A stretch of DNA of 64,000 nt from IMG/VR virus record IMGVR_UViG_3300045988_135688. The stretch is one strand, 5' to 3'. The position numbers and the translations under genes were made by a program. Origin of the DNA: a virus. The notes beneath the pieces were generated by a model. It searched no databases. It saw only the letters and a program-made list of their open reading frames with translations, and was not told the origin of the DNA. Positions 1 through 10,252 of this stretch are shown in pieces. Within the stretch, counting starts at the first letter, position 1, and every line of letters starts with the position of its first letter.

Positions 1-3000
1 TATCGTGTACGCATTAAACGTATTGTCAAGGTCTGAATCGGAGAAGGTTGTGCCGAGATTGGAAAAACCATATACGTTTTTCACAAGTCCGTCACCACCG
101 CTTCCTCCGCTTCCTCCAGGCGATACGCCTAAAGCGGAAATCCATCCTCTGGTATAGAAGCCTATTTCCGTACTTCCATCTATATGCTCAAATGTTACTG
201 CCTTGTTTACGGAATCATATATAATCTTTATATCGCCAACCTGCAACGCCTGTGTTTTTACCGTTCCGCTTATGTTGGCATCTACAGCATAAATATTCTC
301 CCATCTCTTCGATTCAAGACCAAGTGTGGATGCGTTGTTCACGCTAGGAACTACATTTGCCGTAGACAACTGACCAGTAAATATCTTGCTTGCAGTAACT
401 GTCTGTTCCGTATCAAGCGTTACAAATTTATTGTCAGGAATATGGGATATGTGAATTTTCTTTGTCGGATCATCCTTTCCCAACTCCTGCCACAATTTGT
501 CCGTATTCATCCCGCCTTCCTTGGCTAGCTTCCATATCTCGTTGATGGTATATGCGTTGAATGTATTGCTAAGGTTGGAATCGTCAAACGTCTTACCTAA
601 ATCGGCAAATCCGTACACGGCCTTAATCAGTCCGCCTTCTCCACCTCCCGGTTCTCCGCTACCACTCTGTGCGCCCAACGCTGATATCCATTGGTTTGTA
701 TAGAACGCTGACTTGCATCGTAACGCTTGGTTTACTTCATCCCATTCAAACCATCCGTTGAACTTCTGAAACGATGCAATAAGGTCATTAAGTAGCTGTT
801 CAGAGAAAATATTTGTTCCGCTTCCCGTACCACTTCCACCTAATGTTACATTTGTCGTATTCTGTGTTGAAGCGGTCTGATTCTCCTGTGCCAGCCGTTC
901 ATAGAAAGACAGTATCTTTCTTCTTGCAATGGTGCATGAATATGACGGAAACATATTCTCCTTAGAATATTTAATTTCCAAAGACTGTATCTGCAACTGC
1001 ATATCCACTATCTGACCGTTATCAGAGAAATCGAACACGCCTATTCCATCATCCCTTACCTTTAGCATATTTCCTTCTATGAAGTCAATGAAAAGATTAG
1101 GATGCTCTGCGACAAATCCGCTAGATATGTCAAGTGAAACGGTTCGGTTCTCATGGTCATATCTTGACAGGTAGTCAAGAGCCGCCTTTTCAAGCGTGTT
1201 CTCAGCCATTGTCACATACGATTCGGGCATGACAATATTCAGAATGACAAACTCCGTTCCTGCTGCAATTGAAGGAGATTTACCATCCGTATAAAGCGGA
1301 AGTTTGGCATTGTCGCTATCCGTTCTGTAGCATGATATTTTATATCGTGCCCCCTTATTAAACATGGCAACATCCTCTTCCGTTTCCCCCGTATCACCGT
1401 TCACCTCACCGTAAAGAGGAATAATACCGTTTTTGTTTATCTTAAATTCCGTTCCCGTATAAGTTCCTGTACGCATACTGAACACTGCATCCGTCACAGA
1501 AGCGTATTTGTAATAGAACCTATCCTGTGAACCGTCCCGATTACCGAAATGTATGTTGCAGGTCATTTCCTCACTAAATCCGATCTTACAGCTTCCGACA
1601 GGAACATCAGAATCAAACGTGAACTCAACACGTATGGTGACTGTCGTATTCTGACCTTTTTCTATATATCCTACAAGAGCGGTCTTGTCGTAAGGTATTT
1701 CAAGCATACCAGTAGCACCTTCCTCTCCGATAACAACCTCTTTCAAAGGAGAAGCCTGACCCAATACACGGTTCGTAACCATACGTAGATTAATCTTCAC
1801 CTTTTTCCCTACAGCATCACTTCCTATAGGTAATATACTGAAAAGCATCTTTCCGGAGAATGTGGCAGTAACCTTTACAGGCTGGTCATAATATGCCCTT
1901 GTACCATATATATCAAAACTCTCAAAATCCCTGTACTTGTCAAACATAGCATGGGGCTTGTACTGTGGCTGCACGTTGTCATTTATCTTGTCGGATGAAT
2001 CACCGTCCTCATATACCTTGTACCCTAGGTTGAATCCGGGAGAGGTCATATAAATGAAGAAACTGTCACTATCATCACTCTTTATCGGAGTAGAACCGAT
2101 AATCTTGTCTATCCGTGTAGATGTGCTAGCACCCTCACCTGCCACCTTACCCGATTGAGGATCGGGTTCTCCGTCCGCCTTGTATGTATCCCATTCGGGA
2201 AGTCCTGACGGGTACAAATCTCCAAGTTTTTTCCCTCTGATGGAAGGATATATCCCACTGAACGTGTTTGATATGGTTTTTCCTCTCACGCCATAGTTTT
2301 TCAATCCATATTCACTGTCAATGAAATATCTTATGTTCCCGTCAGAATCATTCGGAAGAAGGATGTACGGGCAATAGCGTGATTCATCGGCAGGCTTAGC
2401 GTCCTTCTTGTATTCAGGCGGAACGTTCCTGCTTCCACCTTGTGGTATGATTCGGGTTATGACAGGTGTACTTGTATCTACGGAAGAGGAAACTTTTACA
2501 GCACCCCCACCGTCACCCTGCTTGAATGTCCAGTTTACGGACGGTCTTGTCTTGTCCGTAATGGTTATTATCCCACCGTTCGCTGTCGTTGAGAAGTAAT
2601 AATTGAGATAAAACTTGTCATAGAAGTTCTTCAATGCTTCAAACAGGTTGGTGCCATCGGTTATGTCAATCATATCCTCTGTCAGTTCGCCTTCTGCATC
2701 CACATTAAGCGTCCATGTACCAATGCCTGTATATCCCACACCCAATGACGCATTGTAAGACTGTATATTCGCTTCTATACGTGCTGCAAGCTGTTTTGCA
2801 TCACCCCAAAACTGGAACAGACCGCCATGTGTGTATCTTATCTTGTTTATCTCACCGCCTGTTCCGCTTACTATGTCAAGGAATGCCACATTCTGCAACA
2901 ATACTTCCTTACCGTAAAACAGAAGAGAGTATTTGTATTTTCCTGCTTCATTAAGATTATCTCCCGATGGGGCTTGGTACAGGATGAATGTATTACCGTT

Positions 3001-3174
3001 ATATACGACTGTATCGTATTCCGATTCGCTCTTTGAGTTGTATGCCTTGAACTCTATCGGAACAACGGAAACGACTTCACAAGTCAATTTTCTCACTTCC
3101 TGCAAAGACGGGCTGTATGAAAAATCAGCACTCTCCGCAATAACCCTATTTCCTCTTTTAATCTGTAAAATCAT
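1..3174 (-). CDS. Tail fibre / distal tail structural protein, 3' end beyond left window edge (at least 1058 codons)
   Basis: Absent from the ORF track because no stop lies inside the window. Hand translation of the minus strand from ATG ~3174 (MILQIKRGNRVIAESADFSY...) stays open to nt 1; frame rechecked at 720 (RCKSAFYTNQWISALGAQSG) and at 60 (NLGTTFSDSDLDNTFNAYTI). Directly follows the tape measure and distal-tail-position genes. Only short antisense ORFs on the + strand. Confidence 0.7.
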   Translation of the reverse strand, partial: MILQIKRGNRVIAESADFSYSPSLQEVRKLTCEVVSVVPIEFKAYNSKSESEYDTVVYNGNTFILYQAPSGDNLNEAGKYKYSLLFYGKEVLLQNVAFLDIVSGTGGEINKIRYTHGGLFQFWGDAKQLAARIEANIQSYNASLGVGYTGIGTWTLNVDAEGELTEDMIDITDGTNLFEALKNFYDKFYLNYYFSTTANGGIITITDKTRPSVNWTFKQGDGGGAVKVSSSVDTSTPVITRIIPQGGSRNVPPEYKKDAKPADESRYCPYILLPNDSDGNIRYFIDSEYGLKNYGVRGKTISNTFSGIYPSIRGKKLGDLYPSGLPEWDTYKADGEPDPQSGKVAGEGASTSTRIDKIIGSTPIKSDDSDSFFIYMTSPGFNLGYKVYEDGDSSDKINDNVQPQYKPHAMFDKYRDFESFDIYGTRAYYDQPVKVTATFSGKMLFSILPIGSDAVGKKVKINLRMVTNRVLGQASPLKEVVIGEEGATGMLEIPYDKTALVGYIEKGQNTTVTIRVEFTFDSDVPVGSCKIGFSEEMTCNIHFGNRDGSQDRFYYKYASVTDAVFSMRTGTYTGTEFKINKNGIIPLYGEVNGDTGETEEDVAMFNKGARYKISCYRTDSDNAKLPLYTDGKSPSIAAGTEFVILNIVMPESYVTMAENTLEKAALDYLSRYDHENRTVSLDISSGFVAEHPNLFIDFIEGNMLKVRDDGIGVFDFSDNGQIVDMQLQIQSLEIKYSKENMFPSYSCTIARRKILSFYERLAQENQTASTQNTTNVTLGGSGTGSGTNIFSEQLLNDLIASFQKFNGWFEWDEVNQALRCKSAFYTNQWISALGAQSGSGEPGGGEGGLIKAVYGFADLGKTFDDSNLSNTFNAYTINEIWKLAKEGGMNTDKLWQELGKDDPTKKIHISHIPDNKFVTLDTEQTVTASKIFTGQLSTANVVPSVNNASTLGLESKRWENIYAVDANISGTVKTQALQVGDIKIIYDSVNKAVTFEHIDGSTEIGFYTRGWISALGVSPGGSGGSGGDGLVKNVYGFSNLGTTFSDSDLDNTFNAYTI

Positions 3175-3180
3175 TGGTCT

Positions 3181-3678
3181 TTAAAGCGTTGGTTGGTCAA
3201 TACTGAAATTTAACGAAAATGTATAGGCGGACACAAGTCGGTCTGGGTTCTGTAAGTCCTGAACGTCCTGATAACTCAACTTTGCACCTGTTTCAAAACC
3301 CGTGCATCTTATCACCTGCTTTGCCGATTCTCCCCATATATCATTCCATATAGAGAAAGAGGATGAACCGTATGGCGTACCGGGAGTGGCAGGTATCACA
3401 TTGGTTATATATGAATAGAACGAACGGATATTAGTCTTTACCGTTTCCACATCTCCCAAAGCGGCAAATGTTATGCTTCCTTCCGTTGGCTGGTAAACAG
3501 GCGTGACAGGTTCGTACACCTTCTGACCGTTCTTGTCATACCATTTTTCGGCATAGGCTTCCTTTCTTGTCGGCAAATCCCATAATCCCTTGCTTTCAAG
3601 TATATACAGCCTGTATGTGGCATACAAATCCTTTGCCGTATCGCTTCCTTTCTTTATAAAATATTTAGATATAGCCAT
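3181..3678 (-). CDS. Hypothetical tail protein in distal-tail (Dit) position
   Basis: 165-aa ORF, first gene after the tape measure, ends 6 nt before the tail-fibre start. Function inferred from gene order only. Confidence 0.45.
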   Translation of the reverse strand: MAISKYFIKKGSDTAKDLYATYRLYILESKGLWDLPTRKEAYAEKWYDKNGQKVYEPVTPVYQPTEGSITFAALGDVETVKTNIRSFYSYITNVIPATPGTPYGSSSFSIWNDIWGESAKQVIRCTGFETGAKLSYQDVQDLQNPDRLVSAYTFSLNFSIDQPTL

Positions 3679-3753
3679 TCGTGTACATTGTTTATTAGTG
3701 CAAAAATAACAAAAATAGTCTTATAAACCATCTAACTTTAAATAATAATTTTA

Positions 3754-3761
3754 TATATTTG
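3754..3761 (+). promoter_or_regulatory. Bacteroidota-type -7 promoter box TAtaTTTG upstream of tRNA
   Basis: TATATTTG about 10 nt upstream of the tRNA 5' end; matches the TAnnTTTG consensus known for Bacteroides sigma-ABfr promoters. Confidence 0.5.
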
Positions 3762-3771
3762 CATCACAATC

Positions 3772-3843
3772 GGTGCTTTGGATGAGTGGTTTAGTCAACG
3801 GTCTGCAAAACCGACAACAGCGGTTCGATTCCGCTAAGCACCT
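3772..3843 (+). tRNA. tRNA-Cys (anticodon GCA)
   Basis: 72-nt cloverleaf: acceptor GGTGCTT/AAGCACC, T arm AGCGG-TTCGATT-CCGCT, anticodon loop CTGCAAA, 13:22 mismatch and U73 discriminator as expected for tRNA-Cys, 4-nt variable loop, no encoded CCA. Confidence 0.85.
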
Positions 3844-3880
3844 CAAGTGATTGGATTTTTTTTGTTCATGATTAATTTCA

Positions 3881-3914
3881 AACGCCCTGCCAACTGTGAA
3901 GCTAGCAGGGCGTT
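3881..3914. terminator. Stem-loop between tRNA and tape-measure stop (possible bidirectional terminator)
   Basis: AACGCCCTGC-N14-GCAGGGCGTT, 10-bp perfect stem. Flanking T/A tracts are weak. Confidence 0.45.
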
Positions 3915-3921
3915 TATATTA

Positions 3922-6900
3922 TCAGTCAATTATAACCTTTATCGCATTTCCGCCTGACCTTGGGGCAATGGAAACGACACTTAGGAGTGCTTTCTTTATC
4001 GCCATAGTTGCGGCAAGCTGCTGGGTGAGAACCTCCAACTGTGACTGCTGTATGGCTGTCATGTTCGTTCCTCCCGTTCCTGCCGAACCACCGTTTAACG
4101 ATACCAACTGACGGAGAAGATCGCTTTGGACAACCATTTCGTATCTCATCCCGTTAAGATAACCCAATGCCTGGTTGAATGTATTCTCGTCAACTCCTGC
4201 AATGGCATTGGACAGACCTTCCGCATTTTCCTCTGTTTCGGTAAGCATTCCGCCTAGTGCATTGTTTATCTCATTGACTACACCTCCAGCTTCCGCAAAG
4301 GCTGATTCCAATGAACCCATTACATTTCCTAGTATTATAAGTTCATCCTTGTCTATCTTGTTGTCTGCAAACATACCACCTTTACCGTCTGCTCCAAATA
4401 ATGTAGTCTGTACCTGTTGCATTGCCTTTTCTATGTACTGTTGCTGTACCCAGCTTTTGACAACATCTCTCATAACGTCCGCTACGGTATTCTTGTACGC
4501 CTTAGCTGCATCTTCCCCTTTCAGCCATGCTTCGACAAGAGCGTCACCTATCTGGCTAGCCCAATCTTTCAAGTCAATGCTATACAATTCGCTGGCAAGC
4601 GTTTCCGTATAATATCTTATCTCATACTCCAATTCTTTTATGGTCTGTTTGTAACCTTCTACCTTTTCCCTGTCGGATTTTTTCTTGTCCTCTTCGGCAG
4701 CTAGAATTTCTTTTTGAATTTGCAACTGCTGTTTTAGGTTTGATACCTGTTGGGATGTCACCTCATCAAGTCTTTCCGGGTCTATAATGTGCTCAAATTC
4801 CTTTTCAAGCATATTATAGATATTGGTAAGTTTCTTTGATTCAAATTCAAGATTCTCTATATGTTTTTGAAGCCTTTTATCATGCTGCCTGTTAAACGTA
4901 GCGATAACATCAAGCGGCATGGATATAGCCGAGCCTATCGCACCTGCAAAATCACCGCTTTTGAATGAATCCCATGATTTCTTCACTCCTTCATTCATAA
5001 CGCCCATAGCTTCCGAGAACTGGTTCATCTCGCGCATGAAACCACTGTCAGTATCCTTACCCATAGAATCCATAAGGTTGGACACGGATGCGATTATCTG
5101 CTGCATGGCTTTTATGGCATTGTATATGTTGGTTATGATAAAGTCAATAAGATTCACCGTCTGCAAAGCGTTCTGTGCGGCAGCCATCATTCCTTTACCA
5201 GTATTGACAGCTTCCTGTCCGCTCTTATATCTTGATTCGGCTTCCGACTTGGCACTCAACGCAGCGTTGGCAGCTTCTTCATCACCATTCTTCATCGCGT
5301 CCTCGTATGCCTTGGAAGCATTTTCGATGTCAGCCATAGCCTGTTGCATATCATTCATGCCTGCCATCATCTTTGACTTTCCTGCATCATAACGCTTGTT
5401 ATACAGACCTTCAATACCTTCTTTCATGTACGTCTGCAAGTCAGACTGGTTATTCTTCATCATCTTCTCTATCTGCTTGTCCACACGTTCAAGTTCTTTC
5501 ATGTATTCCTTTGCACTGATAGCACCAGACCTGAACGCACTGTTGAGCATTTCCCTTACTTTGTCGGCAACGGTATTTGCAGCTTCCATAGACATCGCTT
5601 CAACAGCACCGAAGAAGTTCTGATAGTCTGTGGTCAGCTTGAACAAGTCCATCTCTTCGCTTTTCTGCAATGCGGAAGATAAGGATGTGTTGCCCATACC
5701 CTTTGCTCCTTCAATCTTTTTACGGTACTTCTCTCTGATGATATCAACCTGAGTATAGTAGTCACCGTATTCTGCAAGGTCATTAGCATACTGCTTTGCC
5801 ATCTCACCGAAATAGCCTTTCCATGCGTCAATCATTCCTTGGATAACCTCTTTCTGATCTTCTCCGATATTCTTATTCCCCTTAATTGCTTCCTGTATCT
5901 GATTTATATACTGGTTCATTGAGGTGAATGAAGATGTATCGGGCACAACAGAAACGCCAAGGTCAAGATTCATTCCTGCCAATGCGGATTGCAGATTGTT
6001 ATATATGCCTGCTGCAAAACTTTCAGCCATAGTAGATGTGTCACCACTGAACTGAACGGCAAGGTCTAAGGCAAGTTCGGAATCACCTGTTATTCCAAGT
6101 ATGTCACTGTAAAAGTCATACTTGTTCTTGTATCTGTCAAACTCATCCGTAATCCTCTTCATCACCTTCTTGGCTGCATCAACATAAATTTCAGAGGACA
6201 ATTCGGCTGCTTTTCTTGCATTTTTAACAGCATCCTGTGGAACACGTGTTTCCAATTCCTTTGCAGCCTTGTTATAATTGTCAACAATAGCCTGTTTGTC
6301 ATATACAATATCCACGCCAAGTTTTAACGCCTGTGAACCGTATATGGCTTCAATCTGCTTTTTAGCTTCTTCCTTGCCTATGTTAATGCTCAAATCCTTG
6401 AACTTGGAATAGGCGGATTCAAGCAATGACAACCTGTTTTTCCAAAGGTCAGCAAGAGGATCTCTTTTTTTTCCTTCCTTCTTCTGCTTTTCCAGTTCAA
6501 GGTTGAATTGTTTTGCTGTTCCCGTAGCCTTTGACATCGCTTCGTTGGCAGCGTTAATCTCATATACCGTCTGTTGTACTTGCTCGGCTTCATAAGGGCT
6601 TACAATTCCTGTAATTTGATACTCATCTCCAAGTTTCTTGACCTTTCCTTGGCTAACATACATATCAATGGTGCGCTGTAAATTTTCTATTGAACTTTTG
6701 GCGTCTTTATATTCCTGTTTTACCGATTTAAAGTAATCCTCCATAGATTTCACATCGGCAGCCTTTATAGCAATAGTCCATTTATGTCCTGTAATCTCGT
6801 CAAGTGATTTCTTCCATCCAGTCAAACCTTCCTGTGCTTCTTTATCGTCAAGTTCTATTTTAACAGCATATTTTTTGTCAATAAATTCATTAAACAATTT

Positions 6901-9900
6901 TTTAGCATTCTCCCCAAGTTCGCTAGTTGTGGAAAAATTTTCAGACTGAATCCTTATAAAGTCCTTTTGAGCCTCATTTAATTTATTTGGATCAATGCCG
7001 ACAAATACTTTTTTCAATTCTTTGTCAAGACTGTTTGCAAAAACATTAAATGATTTTTCAAGTTCTTTAGTTTCGCCCATTATACCTACTTTCAGTTTGT
7101 CATATTCCTTCAACAATTCCTCACTATCAAAATGGGTCTTGTTCTTGAATATTTCAAATGTTCTCGCATCCCCTGACGTTTCAGCCAAAGAACGTATCTT
7201 CTCGACAATAGTAGCTGCCGAAGCCCCTTTGTTTATCAGTTCGGTAAGTTCATTTCTCCATTCCTTAGTACCCTTACCCATGTTTATAATTTCCTTGGAT
7301 GCCTGTACTATCTGCCCACGAAACTCTTCTATATCCTTACTTGCTGAAGTGAGTTTTACAGACGATTTCTCATAATCTTTAAGCAAATCAGAGAATGAGT
7401 CACCAAACACGCCTGTAGATGTTGCCTTGTCCGCCTTGAACAATATATCCGCATTTTCGGCAGCACGTTTATAAACTTGCTCTAGTTCCGATGCTGACTT
7501 TTGCAAATATTCCACACGTGATTTCTGATCATCTATCTTCTTGCTGTTCTGTATTATATACTGCCCCATATTGCCATATTTAGACAATATTCCAGTCAGT
7601 GTTTCCTCATACGACTGCAACTGTTTCGTATCAAGCTGTTCAAGGTTTTCCGGGGTGAGTTTATCAAAGTTTATTTTGTCAAGGTCTTTTTGCAAGTCAC
7701 TGTATGATTCGCGGAAAGACTTTGCACTGTCCTTTATCTTCTGATTAAACTCTTCCGAACGTGCAGACATCACATGAAACGCTTCCGCCACAAGTCCTGC
7801 AACGGTAAGTATCGTCATGAGCGGATTAGCCTTTATCGTAAGCCACAATGTTTTCAATGAATTTGTCAAACCGAATGTTGCCAGTTTGAATCTGTTCATC
7901 AACATTGTCGTTTTTGTCATAGACAACATTCTTGCAGCTTCCGCACCTGTCAGTTTAAGTTCGGTGACAAGAAGATGCCGTTCAGCCTGTGTCAGCATAT
8001 TCGTGGCAAGAATACGTTTTGCCATCTCTGCTGACATCTTTCCCGAATTAACGGCAGCAACTATCTCTACGGCAGACAGTTTTGACGCTGTCGCTATCTT
8101 CCACCTCTCGGCAGTAGTGAGCGTTCTGTACATTGCAGCCTGTTTAAGCAACTGGGCTTCCCGTAATTTCTCAGCCTTAATAGCATTAGTTGTTGCGACA
8201 ACTTCTTTTCCTAGCATGGCTGTTCTAGCCAACTGCAATCCTTTCAATGCGGCATATCCTACAGCAACGCCCTCTATTGCTTTAGAGAAGTATCTCCAGT
8301 TGTTCATCGCATCGGTTATGCTTCCAACGATACCTTTCAGAACGGAATCATTCGCCTCGCCTATGTCATTCATCATAATCTTGTATGAATCGGCAAGGTT
8401 ACTTACCATACCTTTCAAAGATGCGGCTTGTATTTCCTGCATCTTGTAGAACATACCACCATCTTCCGTCATTGTGGTAAACATCTCCCGAATATACTCG
8501 AAAGGAATCTGACGTGTTGATATGGCGTTGAACACATCATCAGTAGTTTGAGCCACACCTCTTACTTCTTCCAGTTTCTTTCTCAATGCGTCCAATGCAG
8601 GAATACCGGCTTCTGTCAATTGACGTAATTCCTGTCCTCTTAACACACCTGCGCTTCTTATCTGGCCATAGGCAAGAATGATACGTCCCATATCAACGCC
8701 AAGACCTGCGGAAACGTCCGCAAGGCTTTTCATGGTACCATACAATTCGTTGACAGGTATCTGGAATGCGGCAAGCTGTTTGGTATATCCAACCAAATCA
8801 CTGAACTGGAAAGGAGATATTACAGCAAGACCCTTAATCTGACTGAATATCTGGTCAGCCCGTCTTGCATCCTGTATGATGGCACGTAAAGATACCTGTT
8901 GTAACTCGAACTCTCCACGAATGGCAACAAGTTCCTGAAACATATCTCTGAAAAAGTAGAACCCGGCATAAGTCTTTATCGTATTGACAAACTCACGCAT
9001 CATTCTGCTCTGCTTTGTCAGTTCCTCGGAAAACTCTTTTGAACTTGCAGCATTTTTCTGATTGGTCTGCTGCATCTTTGTTCCATAGGATGTGGCTTCA
9101 TTTACAAACTTGTTGTGTTCCTGTATCTTCCTGTTGAGAAGAGTAAGGGTACGGTTATAGTTTGCATCAGTCGTATTAAGTGCATTACGCCTGTTTGTCA
9201 ATTCAGAAATAAGATTGTTAGCCTGATTGATAGATGTAGGATTGATATTAAGCAATTCATTCGTTGATGTTTTTCTTAAAGATGATTGCAACTTCTCCAA
9301 TCTGCCTTGCAATTTCTGAATAAGAGCGTCAGCCTTTGTTATCTGATTGCTGTTCAAAGGAATATCAACCTTAAATTTATTCAATAATTCAAGTCTTTTT
9401 TGTATGGCAGCAATTTTCTTGTTCAAGTCCTCAGCACTTCCCTCCGGCATACCAAGGGCAAGTCCAGACTGACCAGAAAGGTATTGTAGATACTTCTGAT
9501 TGGTCTGCTGCATCTTTTTATTCGCCTGTTCCTGCTTTGATGCTTGCTTTTCCATCTCCTTTGTCCGTGCAATCTCCATCTCGTATTGCTGGCGTAGAAG
9601 ATTAAGTTCTCTTTCATCGGAAATGGACAATTTAGGCGCACTGTTAGCAGTAAGGGAATATGCGGTTTTCAATCTGTTCAATTCAGCGACAAGATCGTCT
9701 ATCGCTTTCTTCTGACTTTCAAGATTGGCTTTTCTTGTAGCCATCCCCTTATCCCCACCTGCATTGCCTAAGTTACGGTAAGTCTTTTCCAGCCTGTCAT
9801 ACTCCCTTGTCGCTTCGACAATCTTGTTTGACAATTCTTCCATCTGAACAAGTATATCCATTTTCTTGTTCGACTTTCCTTTCCCTACATTGGATGCGTT

Positions 9901-10101
9901 TTCATTAGCTTTATTTATCTTTTCTACAACCTCGCTAAGTTCTGCGTTCATTTTGCCTATATCAGTCAACATAGGCTTAAAGGACATCTCCTGGTTAAAG
10001 GTGTCCTGTAGTTTCTTTTGTATATCCTTTATCTGTTTGTCAAGACCTGAATCATCTAGACCGATCTTAAACTTTAATGCTCCTAAATCAATATCAGCCA
10101 T
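3922..10101 (-). CDS. Tail tape measure protein (2059 aa)
   Basis: Very long ORF with coiled-coil composition (K/E/Q/A/L rich) and central hydrophobic segments (e.g. TILTVAGLVAEAF). Lies between tail genes; size and position are typical of a tape measure. Confidence 0.9.
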   Translation of the reverse strand: MADIDLGALKFKIGLDDSGLDKQIKDIQKKLQDTFNQEMSFKPMLTDIGKMNAELSEVVEKINKANENASNVGKGKSNKKMDILVQMEELSNKIVEATREYDRLEKTYRNLGNAGGDKGMATRKANLESQKKAIDDLVAELNRLKTAYSLTANSAPKLSISDERELNLLRQQYEMEIARTKEMEKQASKQEQANKKMQQTNQKYLQYLSGQSGLALGMPEGSAEDLNKKIAAIQKRLELLNKFKVDIPLNSNQITKADALIQKLQGRLEKLQSSLRKTSTNELLNINPTSINQANNLISELTNRRNALNTTDANYNRTLTLLNRKIQEHNKFVNEATSYGTKMQQTNQKNAASSKEFSEELTKQSRMMREFVNTIKTYAGFYFFRDMFQELVAIRGEFELQQVSLRAIIQDARRADQIFSQIKGLAVISPFQFSDLVGYTKQLAAFQIPVNELYGTMKSLADVSAGLGVDMGRIILAYGQIRSAGVLRGQELRQLTEAGIPALDALRKKLEEVRGVAQTTDDVFNAISTRQIPFEYIREMFTTMTEDGGMFYKMQEIQAASLKGMVSNLADSYKIMMNDIGEANDSVLKGIVGSITDAMNNWRYFSKAIEGVAVGYAALKGLQLARTAMLGKEVVATTNAIKAEKLREAQLLKQAAMYRTLTTAERWKIATASKLSAVEIVAAVNSGKMSAEMAKRILATNMLTQAERHLLVTELKLTGAEAARMLSMTKTTMLMNRFKLATFGLTNSLKTLWLTIKANPLMTILTVAGLVAEAFHVMSARSEEFNQKIKDSAKSFRESYSDLQKDLDKINFDKLTPENLEQLDTKQLQSYEETLTGILSKYGNMGQYIIQNSKKIDDQKSRVEYLQKSASELEQVYKRAAENADILFKADKATSTGVFGDSFSDLLKDYEKSSVKLTSASKDIEEFRGQIVQASKEIINMGKGTKEWRNELTELINKGASAATIVEKIRSLAETSGDARTFEIFKNKTHFDSEELLKEYDKLKVGIMGETKELEKSFNVFANSLDKELKKVFVGIDPNKLNEAQKDFIRIQSENFSTTSELGENAKKLFNEFIDKKYAVKIELDDKEAQEGLTGWKKSLDEITGHKWTIAIKAADVKSMEDYFKSVKQEYKDAKSSIENLQRTIDMYVSQGKVKKLGDEYQITGIVSPYEAEQVQQTVYEINAANEAMSKATGTAKQFNLELEKQKKEGKKRDPLADLWKNRLSLLESAYSKFKDLSINIGKEEAKKQIEAIYGSQALKLGVDIVYDKQAIVDNYNKAAKELETRVPQDAVKNARKAAELSSEIYVDAAKKVMKRITDEFDRYKNKYDFYSDILGITGDSELALDLAVQFSGDTSTMAESFAAGIYNNLQSALAGMNLDLGVSVVPDTSSFTSMNQYINQIQEAIKGNKNIGEDQKEVIQGMIDAWKGYFGEMAKQYANDLAEYGDYYTQVDIIREKYRKKIEGAKGMGNTSLSSALQKSEEMDLFKLTTDYQNFFGAVEAMSMEAANTVADKVREMLNSAFRSGAISAKEYMKELERVDKQIEKMMKNNQSDLQTYMKEGIEGLYNKRYDAGKSKMMAGMNDMQQAMADIENASKAYEDAMKNGDEEAANAALSAKSEAESRYKSGQEAVNTGKGMMAAAQNALQTVNLIDFIITNIYNAIKAMQQIIASVSNLMDSMGKDTDSGFMREMNQFSEAMGVMNEGVKKSWDSFKSGDFAGAIGSAISMPLDVIATFNRQHDKRLQKHIENLEFESKKLTNIYNMLEKEFEHIIDPERLDEVTSQQVSNLKQQLQIQKEILAAEEDKKKSDREKVEGYKQTIKELEYEIRYYTETLASELYSIDLKDWASQIGDALVEAWLKGEDAAKAYKNTVADVMRDVVKSWVQQQYIEKAMQQVQTTLFGADGKGGMFADNKIDKDELIILGNVMGSLESAFAEAGGVVNEINNALGGMLTETEENAEGLSNAIAGVDENTFNQALGYLNGMRYEMVVQSDLLRQLVSLNGGSAGTGGTNMTAIQQSQLEVLTQQLAATMAIKKALLSVVSIAPRSGGNAIKVIID

Positions 10102-10122
10102 ACTAATAAACTTTAATTATGG

Positions 10123-10130
10123 CAAAAATA
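10123..10130 (-). promoter_or_regulatory. -7 box TAttTTTG upstream of tape measure
   Basis: + strand caaaaata = minus-strand TATTTTTG, about 22 nt upstream of the ATG at 10101. Confidence 0.4.
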
Positions 10131-10223
10131 ACAAAAAATAAGCATAATTATATGATTGATAACAAGTAAAAATATATTAGCATTTTTTAACATATTAAAA
10201 ATAGTAAATAAAGCCAATTATAC

Positions 10224-10231
10224 TATCTTTG
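10224..10231 (+). promoter_or_regulatory. -7 box TAtcTTTG for plus-strand insert genes
   Basis: TATCTTTG 22 nt upstream of the ATG at 10253. Confidence 0.5.
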
Positions 10232-10252
10232 CATTGACTAATTTTTATAACT

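Noticed and set aside
184-3184. Nine plus-strand ORFs of 63-114 aa from the ORF track
   Set aside because: All lie antisense to one continuous minus-strand ORF (1-3174). Their sequences are Cys/Leu/Ser-rich and not protein-like, and they have no promoters or coupling.
3896-10141. Plus-strand ORFs and short minus-strand off-frame ORFs inside the tape measure gene (e.g. 4175-4612, 4919-5392, 7817-8449)
   Set aside because: These are shadow ORFs of a 6.2-kb low-complexity coding region, with Ser/Leu/Phe-rich translations.
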